NCBI GenBank assembly: GCA_964016885.1
Contig: OZ024749.1
Location: 54,870,001 to 54,934,000 of the forward strand
Origin: Eledone cirrhosa
Lineage: Eukaryota
Length of the DNA: 64,000 bases
Reading direction: 5' to 3'
The position numbers and the translations under genes were made by a program. Positions within the stretch are counted from its first letter, which is position 1. Each line of letters begins with the position of its first letter. The notes below the pieces were generated by a model, which ran no database searches, was not told where the DNA came from, and saw nothing but the letters and a program-made list of their open reading frames with translations. Shown piece by piece: positions 33,715-48,830 of this stretch.

Positions 33715-34201
33715 TTCTATACATATATATATACACACACACACGTATATGTGTATATATATATATATTTATATCTACTTACAATTATATGTATGTTTAG
33801 GTAGACATGAGTATTGTCTGTTTTTTCATACATGTAAGTAAAAGTATGTGTATTGACAAGAGAGGCCTATTGAGACAGTGTGAGTGAGAAGATTACGTTT
33901 TTTTGACTGGCCCAGGGCTAGGAGCAGCAGGAGATCAATAAGTGTGGAGGTGGGGGGGGGGGTATACCAACCGTGAATAGTTGAGAATAAATATGGAAAA
34001 AAATAAAGACTTTCTCAATTGAAAGTAAATATCTTGAAAGTAATATAACTCAATCACTGTGTACATCCATGTAGGAGTAGAAGAATGTGAGATGAGTGCC
34101 AATATGTGTGTGTATGTGTGTGTATGTGTTTTTCTATCTATATATATATGTTTTATACATACCTACCTACATACATACATATATAATGTGCGTGTTTGTG
34201 T

Positions 34202-34235
<34 letters not shown>

Positions 34236-34900
34236 AACGGTGTGTGTGTGTGGGGTGGGGGGGGGGAGTTCCTCATCAGTTGTCTACTGGGGTCTCGGAT
34301 ATTTCAACGCTTTAAAGACAATATATCTACCCCCAGAGTGTTCAATAACTGGGTAAGTTATTGCGAAAACGGAGGAAGGGGAGCAGGAAAATAGGAGAGA
34401 AAGGGAAGAAAGGAGAAAACAGAAATATATATATATACAGAAGGGGGCAACAGAAACATACTGTGAGAGAAAGTGTATTTGCCAGCCTATTGGAGCCCCT
34501 TCGCATAAGACGTTCCCTCTTTTTTACGTTATATTTTGAAGTTTATAGTCATTTTATGGACAACGTCCAGTATTCGCGGTTTTTCACTCTTCTGGGGTGC
34601 TCTAGGAACGTAATCCACGCGAATACCGGGGGACAACTGTATGCACACACGCACTCACGCACTCCCGTACTCACGCACACACTCACACACACGCACTGAC
34701 ACTCACACGCACTGACACTCACACACGCACACACTTAAATGACACACTCATGCGTGCATATATGCATATATTTATACACACACATATACTTACATGCTTA
34801 TATATATATATATATATATAAATAAATACATATATACATGATTATATAAATATATGTATATATATATATGCTGGTCTAGCTACCTCATTTCATTTCATTA

Positions 34901-35080
34901 GGCAGTATTGGTAGAGTGTCGGACGCCATGCTTTGGCGCATAGAGTTACGGCCCTTGCCATTCTGAGTTCAAATCCCGCCGAGGTTAACTTTGCCTTTCA
35001 TCCTTGCGGGGTCGATAAAATAAAGTACCAGTAATACACTGGGTAATTTGCTGGCCTTGTGCCTAACGTAGAAACAATTA
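34901..35080 (+). mobile_element. SINE family A copy
   Basis: ggcagtattggtagag...gagttcaaatcccgccgaggttaactttgcctttcatcc...ggccttgtgcctaacgtagaaacaatta. Confidence 0.92.
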
Positions 35081-35293
35081 TATGGATTTATTACATAGTT
35101 CGATAGAAGGAAATCTATACTTTAGATTTGAAAATGTGATAAAGTGATCGATAGAAATGAATATAATTTGAAAAGGTGAACGACGATGCTCTAGGTATGT
35201 CACTGACGTCTATAGAAAGCTGGTGTTCTTAGTTATATGAAAGACCAGCTAGAAATAGCAGCCAGATATCTACGAATTTACAGAATTTACTAA

Positions 35294-35467
35294 ATAGTTT
35301 CTAATTTTGGCACAAGGCCATTAATTACCCCAAGTGCATTACTGGTACTTTATTGTATGACCCTGTAAAGATGAAAGGCAAAGTTAACCTCGGCAGGATT
35401 TGAACTCCGAATGTAAATGGCCATAACTCTATGCTGCAAAGCACGGTGACTGACGTCTACCAATAAT
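35294..35467 (-). mobile_element. SINE family A copy, interrupted in its head by another copy
   Basis: Reverse complement of family A. A head remnant (gcaatcc) resumes at about 35657. Confidence 0.88.
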
Positions 35468-35649
35468 TGTTTCTACTTTAGGCACAAGGCCAGCAATTAC
35501 CCAGTACATTACTGGTACTTTATTTTATCGACCCCGTAAGGATGAAAGGCAAAGTCAACCTCGACGGGATTTGAACTCAGACTGTAAAGGGACGTAACTA
35601 TGATAGAAAGCATGGCGTCCAACCCTCTACCGATACTGCCAATTCACCG
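35468..35649 (-). mobile_element. SINE family A copy, nested, with 7-bp TSD caataat
   Basis: Full-length copy; caataat occurs at 35461-35467 and 35650-35656. Confidence 0.9.
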
Positions 35650-35976
35650 CAATAATGCAATCCAATATAAGTCTATCTTTAATGGGATGGTTACGTTTGG
35701 ATTGTCATATATCTGCCTGATCAGAGATGATTTTGTGTGAAATGTGTCATTTAGCCGTCAACAAATTTAACACAGAGGTCCGATCCATTCCAGAATAATC
35801 TATGTACAAGTATATTCTGAGTGGAGAAAGTCTAAAAATTCTAAGGGAGTGGGGGTGGAAAAGGGAGAGAACTCAAACAGTTCGGTGATATCAATAACTC
35901 TCTCTTCCGCTCTCTATTTTCTTTGGTTTCTTGCTATGTTTCATCCACCTTCATACTACATATTATATATATATAT

Positions 35977-36070
35977 AAACAAAGAGGGTGTAGTAAGATA
36001 CCAGGTGGACAGCTTGATCCGAACTAGCTGTCGAAACGACCGGAGCTCAACCATCGGGGTCCCGGCTCTT
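35977..36070 (+). mobile_element. Half-hammerhead hairpin family, internally deleted copy
   Basis: gtaagataccaggtggac...ctagctgtcgaaacgaccggagctcaaccatcggggtcc, homologous to 55863-56059. Confidence 0.75.
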
Positions 36071-37258
36071 CACACACGCACACGCACATAAACTCGCACA
36101 CATACACAGAGAAATTTAGACACACACATCCCACATGCACATACACACACACACTTTGTTATTTAATTTGTAATATATTAATTCTCGGAAGAGAGATTTA
36201 AACTTCCAGGAGAAACACTACTGAACTAAATACTACAGAGACATATGTCTGCCGAACTGTCAAGCCACCCCCTTTTTCAACTGCTCAAAGAGAAAGGTTT
36301 CTAAACATAAGTATATCCCCTTCAAATATGGAAGACGTATACAAGATAGAATCAAATTCTGAACTTGAAATAATCTAACTATATTTTATAGACTTCAGAA
36401 CTATGCAAAGTAATACAGAGTTGTTCCCATCGGGATTTGAAAAGTATTGATCTTTCCCAATCACCTCCCCAAGAACAGATCAGAAATATTAATAAAATCA
36501 CAAATGCAATTTCTAAATTGCCAATGTTATGTTTGAAATGTAATTTTGAAAATACAAATTCGAATATATAGTCGAATAACTAGGTTATCTATTCGGATAT
36601 ATAAGTTACTCGCTTAGATTCTATTTCGTTTAATAATCTCTTCCCAAGATATACAGGTATTCATTTAATCCTTTAAATAGCAAAGGCAGTAGAGTATATA
36701 TATATATATTATACACACACAAATACGTAGTCATATAATGACACATACACCCACACACAATACACACATACACACACTATATATATATATATATATATAT
36801 AGTTCATTGCTGTTGCCATTGTATGCTAGACGGCGGTTACTAGTATCAGGAAAATGATATGGAAGTTTTTTAAAAAGGAAGGTTCAACTGCTATAAGAAT
36901 TTTAAGATAATTGCTTTTTTGGGTGTATCAAAGGAAACATTTTTGCAATTTATAAAACCTAACTATCTACAATTTTCTTCAGCTTCTATCAAAACCTAAA
37001 TACCCACGCACAAACATCCGTAGAAACATATAAAAATCCATACGCATACACACAGAGAAAACGACGTACACTAAAAATCTCGCAATCAAACACCGATACA
37101 CACACAAATGCCATATCATACATATAATATCTGTGGATATCTGTGCATAATCTTCCTATTCTACTATATGTGTTTGATTGCTTCTATGTACTCAGGTATA
37201 TGTGGTGATTTTATATATATTTAATTTTTTTTCTTTCACATACATACGCGCATATACC

Positions 37259-37846
37259 CAGTAGCGGACTGACCAGGTTGCCCAATGTTTTGAAATTTTG
37301 AAAGTAGGTTTATAAGTATGAATTTTCATGAGATTTTCATAGTTGTCTCTGTGGCCTAGCGGTGGAGATCCTGGCGTTGGGTTCAATCCTGGTCAAGAGG
37401 TACATGTAACCTTTTTCAGTTTTTATAAAACTAAAAGGGTTTACTCGGAGCCCTACTCCCGACCAGGATCACCACCGTCTACTATTCATCCAACTCGGCC
37501 ACCGAGACAACTACAAAAGTATAATGAAAATTGATAATTATAAACCTACTTTCAAAATCAAAGTTAAAAAGATATGCTGTCATTCATGGCTTTCCTAGAG
37601 CTATTAATCATATTTAGGGTCGACTTCTAGTCATTATTGAAAGTCTCTGGATTTCGTAAAATACATAATATTTTTTATTGGAGAAGGTAAGATATTTTCC
37701 CGCAAAAATTTGAGGGCACTATTTTGTTTCCACTTATGTATTTTTCGAAAATTTATTCATTATAAAAATTAAATGAAAGCATTCTATATGTAGGTGGCCC
37801 CCTTCATCTTCTGGCAACCAATAATTTTTGACCCAGTCCGCCACTG
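37259..37846. mobile_element. hAT-type non-autonomous DNA transposon
   Basis: TIRs CAGTAGCGGACTG / CAGTCCGCCACTG. The flanking 8-mers catatacc and tatacacc match at 6 of 8 (both differences are transitions), consistent with an 8-bp TSD. Confidence 0.7.
37291..37560. mobile_element. Foldback element with long imperfect arms carrying tRNA-like Pol III boxes, inside the hAT MITE
   Basis: attttgaaagtaggtttataa..aattttcat..tagttgtctctgtggcc mirrors ggccaccgagacaacta..atgaaaatt..ttataaacctactttcaaaat. The left arm has TGGCCTAGCGG and GGTTCAATCC. Confidence 0.75.
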
Positions 37847-37954
37847 TATACACCCCCACTACCCACGTATATTTCAGGAAGATTTTGATATTATTTCAAG
37901 CAGAGTGAGCTGCAACATAGACACTTCGTTTGATTGTTATATATGTATATATGA

Positions 37955-38009
37955 AGAGTTAGGACCCCAACGGCTGAGCTCCGGCCGTTTCGACAGCTAG
38001 ACCCGAACT
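37955..38009 (-). mobile_element. Half-hammerhead hairpin family fragment in (TA)n
   Basis: Reverse complement reads ctagctgtcGAAACGGCcggagctcaGCCGTTggggtcct. Confidence 0.8.
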
Positions 38010-38019
38010 ATATATATAT

Positions 38020-38190
38020 TTATTAAAATAACAGATGAAAGTTTAAGCAAATAATAACTGCTTTCACCCTTAACGGGATCTTCTAAAACAAAAAAAAAAA
38101 TATTTGCTCTACGGTTCTTATATACTTGATATATATTTATCCTTATCGAGCCCTCTTTGGATTTTAGTCTTCAAATTTATTATTATTACT
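38020..38190. mobile_element. Short TA-associated repeat with its 5' part inverted relative to the copy at 52035-52190
   Basis: The tail atattt...tccttatcgagccctctt..ttttagtcttca.atttattatta is direct. 38020-38092 is the reverse complement of about 52035-52112. Confidence 0.75.
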
Positions 38191-39014
38191 ATATATATAT
38201 TTATTTATGGAGTCTAAGTGTTATAGTAGATAATGTCAGCATACTCAATATATATAGAAGATTTGGTTATTCATTAAATTATTGTAACTGTCAAAGAAAT
38301 CATCAAAGCATTATTTATAAATGTATTGCATTGATAGTGTTGTAGGTTTTATTTTGTCTGATTATTATTGTAGGAAACTTTAAATGATGATCAATGTAGC
38401 CTAAATATACCGATATACGGGATGCATATTGCTAGAGAGGTTATCATCAATTGCTCAACTGGGGTTAAACAACAAAGAATTGCAACAGGTCAAAAATTGA
38501 AATTTGTGTTCGTATATTGGTATATTGATTGATTGTTGTTTAGTCCCGAAATATTTTGTGACTTGGTAGATCTATGGTTATATGCGTTCCATCCATGATC
38601 CCGTAGTCCTTCTCTAATGCATGACTATCTGGGGTAGACTTATCCAAAGCATAATCTCTTCTTGCTATACTAAGGTGCAATGTCTGAGGTGTTTGGTTGC
38701 TACTTCTAGGTTTATGTACTGAAAGGATAGAAATCAACTCTCCAAATTGTGTTCAATATGAACGCACCTCATATCTAAATATTTAAATCTTCTTTTAACA
38801 AATGTTGCTTTCAGCCAAATTAATCAAATCACGATAACTTTCTTTACTTCGACAGAAATTTTAATGATCTTGCACGCTGCTGGAGGAAGTTATCAATTTT
38901 ATATCAAAATTCAGGTTAGAAATAATAATTGTAGCATGCAGCAAATCATCACAGCAGTTCTATTTTTCTTGTAATAGAACATCTGTCTCTGTATTTCTCT
39001 ATATAAATAAATAA

Positions 39015-39865
<851 letters not shown>

Positions 39866-41326
39866 CATACGTACATTTACCATTTACATATGTTTATACG
39901 ATGTCATTTCGAGGCATGATAAGTAAAAAAAAAAAGAAAATTACATTTGTGTAGGCTTGATATCAAGGGAAATTATTTCTTATGTTTTACCCTGAGCTTC
40001 AAACAATGAAGAAAAAAGGATTATTTTTCATATATATGTATATTTCATATTATATATTTTCATTACTGTTGTTGCAGTAATTTTAGTGGTTGAAATCTCT
40101 TTCTAGTTTGGGTTTTCTAGGTTTCTTTTCCTTTTTCTGATTTGTTTCATTTCTACTTTTTTTATTGTGTGTGATCAACACATTCTGATAACAAGCTGGA
40201 AGTATGAAGATGCATCCAAAAGATTCTCATTTTGTGAATAGTTGCCAACAACAACGCCAGCAATCTTCTATAATGAGTCACTGAAGACTTGTAATTGGTC
40301 GCAAAATGGCACACAACCATTTTTTTCTTCATTTTCCTACACGTAATTTGTTAGCTAATGTCATAAACAGTGGAACAATTATATAGCTTTCTTATTCTCC
40401 AACTAAAAATAATATTAATATACAATCTGAAAAACATAAAGAACGTCGTATTTTCTGCAGGAGACATAAGTATAGAATACAACGATTCGTAGCAGATGTA
40501 AAAATACCTTTATTGCGTCAAGTTGTAAATGAAGAACAACGTTCGTTTATAAACCAGTGATGAAAAATATGTATTCATCCAATTCTGACATTTCGGCATT
40601 TCTCTGAAGCTGCATTTAATGCAGAATATGTGTACTGCTGTAATACCACCATAAACACTAATGAACCTTCGTATACTAACGATGATGAGAGAAGATGTAT
40701 TGATATGTTTCACTCCTTGTGTTGAAACCGATGAAACACATCTAAGCAACTTAAATCAAAATACTTTGCTACACAAGAGTAATTAAATGTGGCGATTTTT
40801 GATCGATTCGTTTGGTTGAGCAGTAAATAACAACACAGAGTGAGTAGTTTCAATCTAAAACTAGAAATTACTGATGCATAATTAGGCGTTGCTTTCTCGC
40901 ATTACACAAAGTTGCACTGGAAACCTTGTTTCTTCATACTATCATATATTTGTTTTCGTTAAATTATATCTATTAACCTTCCAGCAATTCTAAACCTCAT
41001 TGCTGCGTACATTGTGTTTCAGCTGTTGTTATTGTTGTTGTTATTGTTGTTGTTATTGCAGGAGGTGTTTAGCTAAAGGTCAGCCGTGATTAAATATTTC
41101 TCAGATTTGACCAGCGCATGTCTTCCTTTGAAAGACACCGTGCAAAACGACCCTAGTATGTAGAGTAAATATTCCTTTTTAATAGGGTAGGGTGTAGTTT
41201 GACGATGTCTATATTATACTACAACTAGCAGTTTGAGTAACACGCATGTATTGAATTTACACACACACGCACACACACACGCAACAACACCCACAAACAC
41301 ACGCGTGTATATATATATATATATCC

Positions 41327-41382
41327 ATAAATAGCCGTCGAAACGGCTTGAGCTCTGCCGTCGGGGTCATACCTTTTCCTAT
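41327..41382 (+). mobile_element. Half-hammerhead hairpin family fragment in (TA)n
   Basis: aatagccgtcGAAACGGCttgagctctGCCGTCggggtcat, flanked by (TA)n. Confidence 0.8.
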
Positions 41383-41998
41383 ATATATATATATATATAA
41401 AGAGAGTTTACGATGTTGAGAGTGGGAAGACTACAAACCAGGGGAGTACTCTATGCATGGGAAGAAGCAAAGTAGGGGTAGAGGATGGTTTATACCCTCC
41501 TCCCTCTCTCCCTCTCTCTCTCTCTTGTGTAGATCTATATTGACATTTTTAACCAAGAAAATTTACGTTATTTCCAACACGTACCTTGAAAGACCCTGAC
41601 GATAATTAATTATTTAGGATATCAACTCAAACGTTACGCTAACAATCGATGAAAAGAGACATTTTATGGAGTTATCTATAATAGTCACGCCCTCCTCTCC
41701 TGTCTACATTTTACAGTCAAATATCTTCTCACCATTAAACTTACCTGTATTTTAAAGTCTTATCTTTATATGAAACATTTAAACTTAAAGATCTCTTAGA
41801 TAAAGTTTTAAACTGAAAAAAGTTGTTAGATGAAGTTTGTTTTCTATAATAGTGTGGGATGGAGAGGATAAAGTTCTGTACTGCGGTAAAATAAACCAGA
41901 AACACGTGATTGTTTGTGAGAGAAGTCTTAGATTTAAACTTGAAACAATAAAATGAACAATCTGTGTTCACTTGAAATCACACGATACTATAACAAGG

Positions 41999-42122
41999 AA
42001 ATATGAAGCAAATACAAAGATATACGAAAACTATTAACCTATATATATAGAATAATTAGAACAATGATTCTCTCTATATATACGTTAATTGTTTTCCTAT
42101 ATCTTTGTATTTGTTTTGTATT
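41999..42122. repeat. Imperfect inverted repeat (about 55-bp arms), MITE-like
   Basis: aaatatgaagcaaatacaaagatatacgaaaactattaac... versus ...gttaattgttttcctatatctttgtatttgttttgtattt. Confidence 0.75.
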
Positions 42123-43592
42123 TGATGTACGGGGGTAAAGATCGATACATTTTGTCTTGACAATTTCTTACCTTTGAATTATACAAGCAAATATGAAAGA
42201 CATATTAGATGATGTAGTCTTAAATATAGAAACGTGTGTGACATGTACCTTTTTTAGAGGTGTTCGATCTGAGCTGCTCTTAGGCGAAACAATAACAAAT
42301 ACAACAGATATTTATACGATCCACGAATGATAGAATAACGTCACATCTTAGATATTCCAGAATATTCTGTCAGTGATGTGTTTAATGTTATGAAACAACT
42401 GCTAGTAAAAAAACAAAACAAACAAACACGGAGTAGAGGATCTAGTTCCAGTCATTGATTTGCGCAGCTTTGCAAATTTACTGAAATGCAGCATGAAATT
42501 ATACTTGCTTTCATTAATTATTTAAGATATCTGGCGGGCAATCAAGGCAACATGTACTCTGAGATGTAAAGTGTAATTATATTCTAGTAATTAGTGACTT
42601 AATGAGTCTGTATTAATATGTTTCGTAGAGCAATATTTAGTTTTTCGTTGTTGCTCTTATTGTTGGTGTTGTTGTTTTTTCTGTTGCTGTTGATGATGAG
42701 ATTTAGCCTACGATTAGCACCGATGAAGCAGATTTAAGACGAAATATATTCCAGCCATGACTATCTCGTCGTTTCTTCTTCAGATATAATGTGTATAGGA
42801 TTACATTATTCAAGGAATCCATCTCTATAAATGGTTAGGATTAGTTCGAGTTAGCTGTAGCTGATAATCCTAGCAGGTTGATTGAGTGCTTATAATTCTC
42901 ACCTTAGCCCGTTTATTAAATCATTTAGATCGAAAATAGTGGCAGTGGGGATTGTTATTAAATTACTCGAATTAATGATAAATCCTCTGTCAGTTTCCAT
43001 AATGGACATTTAACTCTTCTCTCAAGTGAACGTCTAACACGCTAAATTAGCATTTACTTGACTGAGTATTCCACAGACCCATACATCTTAAACAGACTCC
43101 TCAGCGTAATGGCAAATTGGGCTCCTTGAAATACTGTGACAACCCAGCCTACTGGTTTTTACCCAATTCTATTCAAGATATTTTATTCCGACCTGAAGCT
43201 ATACTAAAACATTTGCCCAATATCTAAACTGTGGGTACTAAGAAAGGAACCGGTCCAAAATATTGACACCCGAGTATTTGATTGATATACATCCGAAGGT
43301 TTCATAGTTAATGAGATGAGGTATATCCACACACTGTCAAATATTTCATGAGTTACCTCATCATATGGTCTTTTTATGGATCGTAATTCTTTAAATGTAG
43401 ATGTCTATAGATAACAAAGCAACCTACCTTTATATATATATATATACATTATATATATGTATGGTGGGCACATGTGCGGAGATACTGTAGAAGAGTTTAT
43501 AAAATAGGGTGGAGGCCCTTTAACACGGAAAAACAAGTTGCCATCGGCCGTTACGCACACACACACACTCTGTCTCTCTCTCTCTCTGTCCT

Positions 43593-43641
<49 letters not shown>

Positions 43642-45548
43642 TTGTCTCTCTCTCTCTCTGTCCTTGTCTCTCTCTCTCTCTCTCTCTGTCTCTCTCACAC
43701 ACATATAGTTCACTATCTCTGTGCGTGTAAAGATGTATGTGTTTGTTTGTGTGTGTTGTGAGAAAAGATTGACTGATATATATATATATGTGTCTATATA
43801 TGTGTATATATGTGTACATATGTCTGTGTGTCTGAGACTATGTATCAGGATGTGTCTGTTTGGCAAATGCTTACCTGTAAATTGATCTTCATTCTCGTTT
43901 GCATGTGAAATGTAATGTCAGATACGATTGTTCTAAATGTCTACGTGCGTCGCTATGTTAGTGTAATAAAGTATTTTTGACAGGCTTATATATCTCTGCT
44001 TGTATGTATGTTTTTCTCTAACGTTTAGTTTCTCTTCGTTGATACAATTTATCACCCTCTATATTTCTTCCTTCTTTTTCACACTTTTATTTCCTCCTTT
44101 AACACTTCAGCTGTGCAATTGTAAACCTTTGTTTGCTAGCTGGGCTCCCATACACCCATACACAGACCAATTGTAAATTCATAACAGATATTGTTTCTAT
44201 ATAGTATTCTTATTTTGTGATAAAACATTTCAGCAACAGCAAAGAAACCAACAAAAATACAACAAAACGACAACATAATATTAAAAAATGGAATGTTAAA
44301 AAATGTGAATTGACATTGCAGTTATTAATATGAAAAAAGAAAAATATTATTATGATTATTTTTGTTCGTTGTTATTGTTGTTTTTGTTGCTGGAAAATAA
44401 TTTACAATAGAAAACTAAAACTACTGAAATCTGGAAAATATTTCAAATTTTTTTCTCTTCTTTACCGTCACTAAGTTTGATTTTATTTGTTTGTTTTTTT
44501 TTTGTTTTTTTTTCGTTGTTGTGTTTATCCTTTATTTTTTTGTCATTTGAGCAATTATTATGAAGCTAAAAGAGCAGCAGACTTGATGGTGCCATGCAGT
44601 GAGAAATGTAGCAGTTACTAACATTCTTGGAATTACCATATATTGCTACCATGAAGAGAAAGTAATGAACGAATCTTGATAGTTAATCAGATCAAAATAC
44701 AAAAGGAAATAAAACATAAAATGAAACAAAAATGAATTGCGATAGAGAAATAGAAGAATAAAGATTATACACAGTGACAAATACACATACATACATACAT
44801 ACATACATACATACATACATACATACATACATACATACATACATACATACATACATACATACATACATTGTAATTATTGCTATAGTGTCGTGGTCACAAT
44901 AGAAAATTAAAGTCGAGATATTCCTGCAGATAAGACTTCATGTTATTCTTTCAATCTCAAATACGAATATGCATCAATAATGCAAACATATGCATACACC
45001 ATCATGCACCTTTACACATACATCTACTGAACGTGGATTGCACACAATCTTGAAAACATAAATTTCACACATAGCTATATACACACATACGCACACGCTG
45101 GCACACGTATGCGTACACATGTTTGCACATACGGACACGTGTGTGTATGCAATAGTTCATTGGAGACACTCGTATGGAGACAGTCTCATACATGGTGATG
45201 CATTATCATATTTCGCACATACACAGATTCAATAACACAACACGACATGAAACATGTGCAGAGTACATCACAGCAGAACACAACACAGCACATCACACAG
45301 CTGCTATGACATACTACACCACACAAATCAACACATAGAATGACAAAGATACAATATTACACGCATAAGTTCATGTGTGTATACACATTCCAGAGTTTAT
45401 GCCTGCAGTAATACAAACGTGTGAAGAATCTGAGAGAAAATATGTGCATATGTACACATGAACATTCAAATACATTGATATATGCAGGTATCTCTAGACG
45501 CACATTCACTCAGCATACTCTCTCACACACAACTCCACACCTCCAAAC

Positions 45549-45584
<36 letters not shown>

Positions 45585-46913
45585 CTCGTTATTCATACAC
45601 TAGTTGTAATCATTCTTTAAAAAACGTAGCTAAATTAGTTCTATAAGAAGTGTTGAGTTCTTTAATTTGTAGCTTTAAACCATGTTCTCGTGACGAAAAT
45701 CCCGAAATAGATACAGGATAAAAGATACGGTGTTTTGGTCGTAGAGATTTTAGAAAGTGAATCTTTTCTCGAAAGCCTTGACGTACGTTTATTTTCCTGC
45801 CATCCCCTGTTTAAGCAAATCTAAGATTAATTGTATTCCAGTTTTCCTTATCTCACGCACACATTATGCAATGCAATGTGTATTCCTTCTTTGAAAATCA
45901 CAATGCGTCATTTAAATGAATTCGGTTGTTATTTATAACAAAACGAAAAGATCAGTCATATGACATCTTTTGCTTTATCTTCTTGTGAGGCTAAACTCCG
46001 CCAGATGCCGACTTTACATCAACATGAGATATTTTTCTCCACAAAGTTCAATCACCAGCAGCAGATTTCAAAGAGCAAAGATCAAGTCCAGTCCATAAGT
46101 TGACATTATCAAGTCTTGCTTTATATTACTGACTATTTGTAAATAGCAGCAACATGTTACAGAAAAACACTGAAATATTTACCGAATAAAGACGTTACAT
46201 GGCTTTGCCATCGATCTGAGGCTATAAGTATTCCCATCGTACAATCATTTGACGTCCCTTCACAATGAATTTGATTTACCTCTTTGAAACTCCTTGTACA
46301 TTCTTTGTCGAAACTCCTTGTATCAAAAGGCGTGGTAATGCTGGCTCTTTGAATTGCGGGTACAGTCTATACGAAAATCTTCTCCCAGTTTCCGTTCGTG
46401 CAACTTCACATTCAAGGCATATGTGGTCACGAAATTTATTAATCTCCTATTAATCTCGTTTGGTTGAGGCAGTGTACTTAGATCGAAACCTGCCCAGTGT
46501 TCTCATCTTACAAAATACCCGACCATGTACCACAATGAATTTTTATTTAATTCAGAGTGATTTTAGATTTCAGATTTTTCTCCTTTGCCTTCCTTGAAAA
46601 GAATTGTCATTAATGAATTTTTTTCTTAATATTGATGTAAAAATAATATATAATTTTATCTTGTCTTGCTCGTTAGAAGTATCTTGTATATAACTATATT
46701 GTAGAAGACTTGCACAATGTGCCTGGCAGTAGAATCGAAATCATGATTGCAAAGTGAAACATACCTACGTAATATATATAACAATTATTCTTATAAATAC
46801 ATATAAAAAATGTCTGTATATACATATTTATATAGTTAATACTCGGTTATTTACTACCATAAATATTTGAACACAACATTGTTCGTTTTATCTTATACAC
46901 TCACCCCTCCACC

Positions 46914-46959
<46 letters not shown>

Positions 46960-47663
46960 ATATTTATGCATATATTTATGTATACACACACACAGACATA
47001 TATATATACTCTCCGCCATCAGTAATAATTATTGTAAAGGATATTAGTCTGCAGTAATATTTGCTACTAAAGTAGGTAGATAGTGAGGTTTAATTGTACA
47101 AAGTACAATAAAGAATGCAAATATCTGTATAAGGAATTTAAAATAGAAAGTATTCATCTAAATAGCAAAAACTAACGTAACAGCAAACAAATAATTAGAA
47201 TTCAAAGTCAATATTCAAAAGTAGATTAGAAAAACTATGAACATGCATATTTCGATGTCTTCGTCTATAACTTGACCTATTCACCTCAAACAAATCCACT
47301 ATCTGTGTATGCAGGAAAGAAATGACGGAATAAAAGAATAAATGAGTAGACATATGCAAACATTGTTTAGATTCAATTGGCTGATTTATATTATATTAGA
47401 AGAGAAGGTCTTGCTAAGGTTTCGCATTAAAATATAAATATGCAACAGCAACTTGTTCGTCTACATAACTAAGTCACTTAAATATGTCGGTATGTCCATT
47501 GAGTGGAAATTGGACGGAAATAATTCAAACTAATAAAAAGCATTGAAACGCGACTATTAACAAAAAATCTGAATATATATATATATATATAAATTTATAT
47601 ATGTATATGTATAAATTTATATATATATATATATATAAATTTATGTATGTATATGTATACATT

Positions 47664-47721
<58 letters not shown>

Positions 47722-47964
47722 TTTCCTTAATATGTGTGTGTGTATATATGCGTGTGTGTGTATTATATATAAAGCAAATAAGATTTGAATTGAAACGAAA
47801 AATTGAATAAAAAAAAAAATGAAACTAAAATATAGCAACACATTCTATGTTGAAAATAATGATTTCTCATAGAGGGCATAAAGCAACAAATTGCAGGATA
47901 GGGGTGTAGGTGGTTACATTGGCATAATCTACATTAGATACTTCTTTTATCTTTATATAGACTT

Positions 47965-48084
47965 ATACATATATATATATATATATATATTATATATGTA
48001 TATATATATATATTATATATGTATATATATATATATTATATATGTATATATATATATATTATATATGTATATATATATATATTA

Positions 48085-48132
<48 letters not shown>

Positions 48133-48390
48133 TATTATATATGCATATTATATATGTATATTATATATGTATATATATATATATATATGCATATTATATA
48201 TGTATATTATATATGTATATTATATATATATATATATATGTATATTATATATATATATATATATGCATATTATATATGTATATTATATATGTATATTATA
48301 TATATATATATGATATTATGTATATTAGTATACATATAAAATATATATATATATTTTATGTATATCAAAATATATATATATATATATACA
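47965..48390. repeat. (TA)n array with tattatatatg/atgcatatt interruptions
   Basis: Direct inspection. Confidence 0.95.
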
Positions 48391-48627
48391 CGTGTATGTT
48401 TAAACAGAATGGTGAAAATAAAATCTGGTTGGATTTACTATGCAGAAAACCATGGTGTACTCGATTACTCAAATTGCTAGACGGAACAACTTTGAAGGTC
48501 ACGGATGGAATGTCTTTGAACATAACTGAAATTGTGGAGATGTTCGCTGCAAAATCCTAGAGTATCACAAGCCATAACTAATGATAGAAAATAGGTTTGT
48601 ACCCCACCACTGGGGCTCTTTTGTGGA

Positions 48628-48830
48628 GGTGTGTGATCTAGTAGTAAGGGTGTTGGAATCCCGATCATAATGTCATGGGTTCGATTTCTGGACTGTGTTG
48701 AGCATATTTCATTTCATGTTACTCTAGTATACACAGCTGATGGACTAACGTCCTGTCCAGGAGATAGACTTCACTCTCTGTCGCTTAACGCCACCGAAAC
48801 CGGGATAAGCTTGATCAGCCTCTGGGCTCG
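48628..48830 (+). mobile_element. tRNA-derived SINE with V-domain-like body
   Basis: Head gtgtgatctagtagtaagg...gggttcgatttc. The body gatggactaacgtcctgtccagg...gtcgcttaacgccaccgaaaccgggataagc resembles the V-SINE central domain from memory. Confidence 0.6.

Noticed and set aside
37345-37400. tRNA gene
   Set aside because: A and B boxes are present, but the spacing is too short and there is no cloverleaf or anticodon arm; treated as part of a repeat.
41594-41640. CTGACGA...AAACGTTA as a hammerhead
   Set aside because: No stem II closure, no intact GAAA and no stem I.
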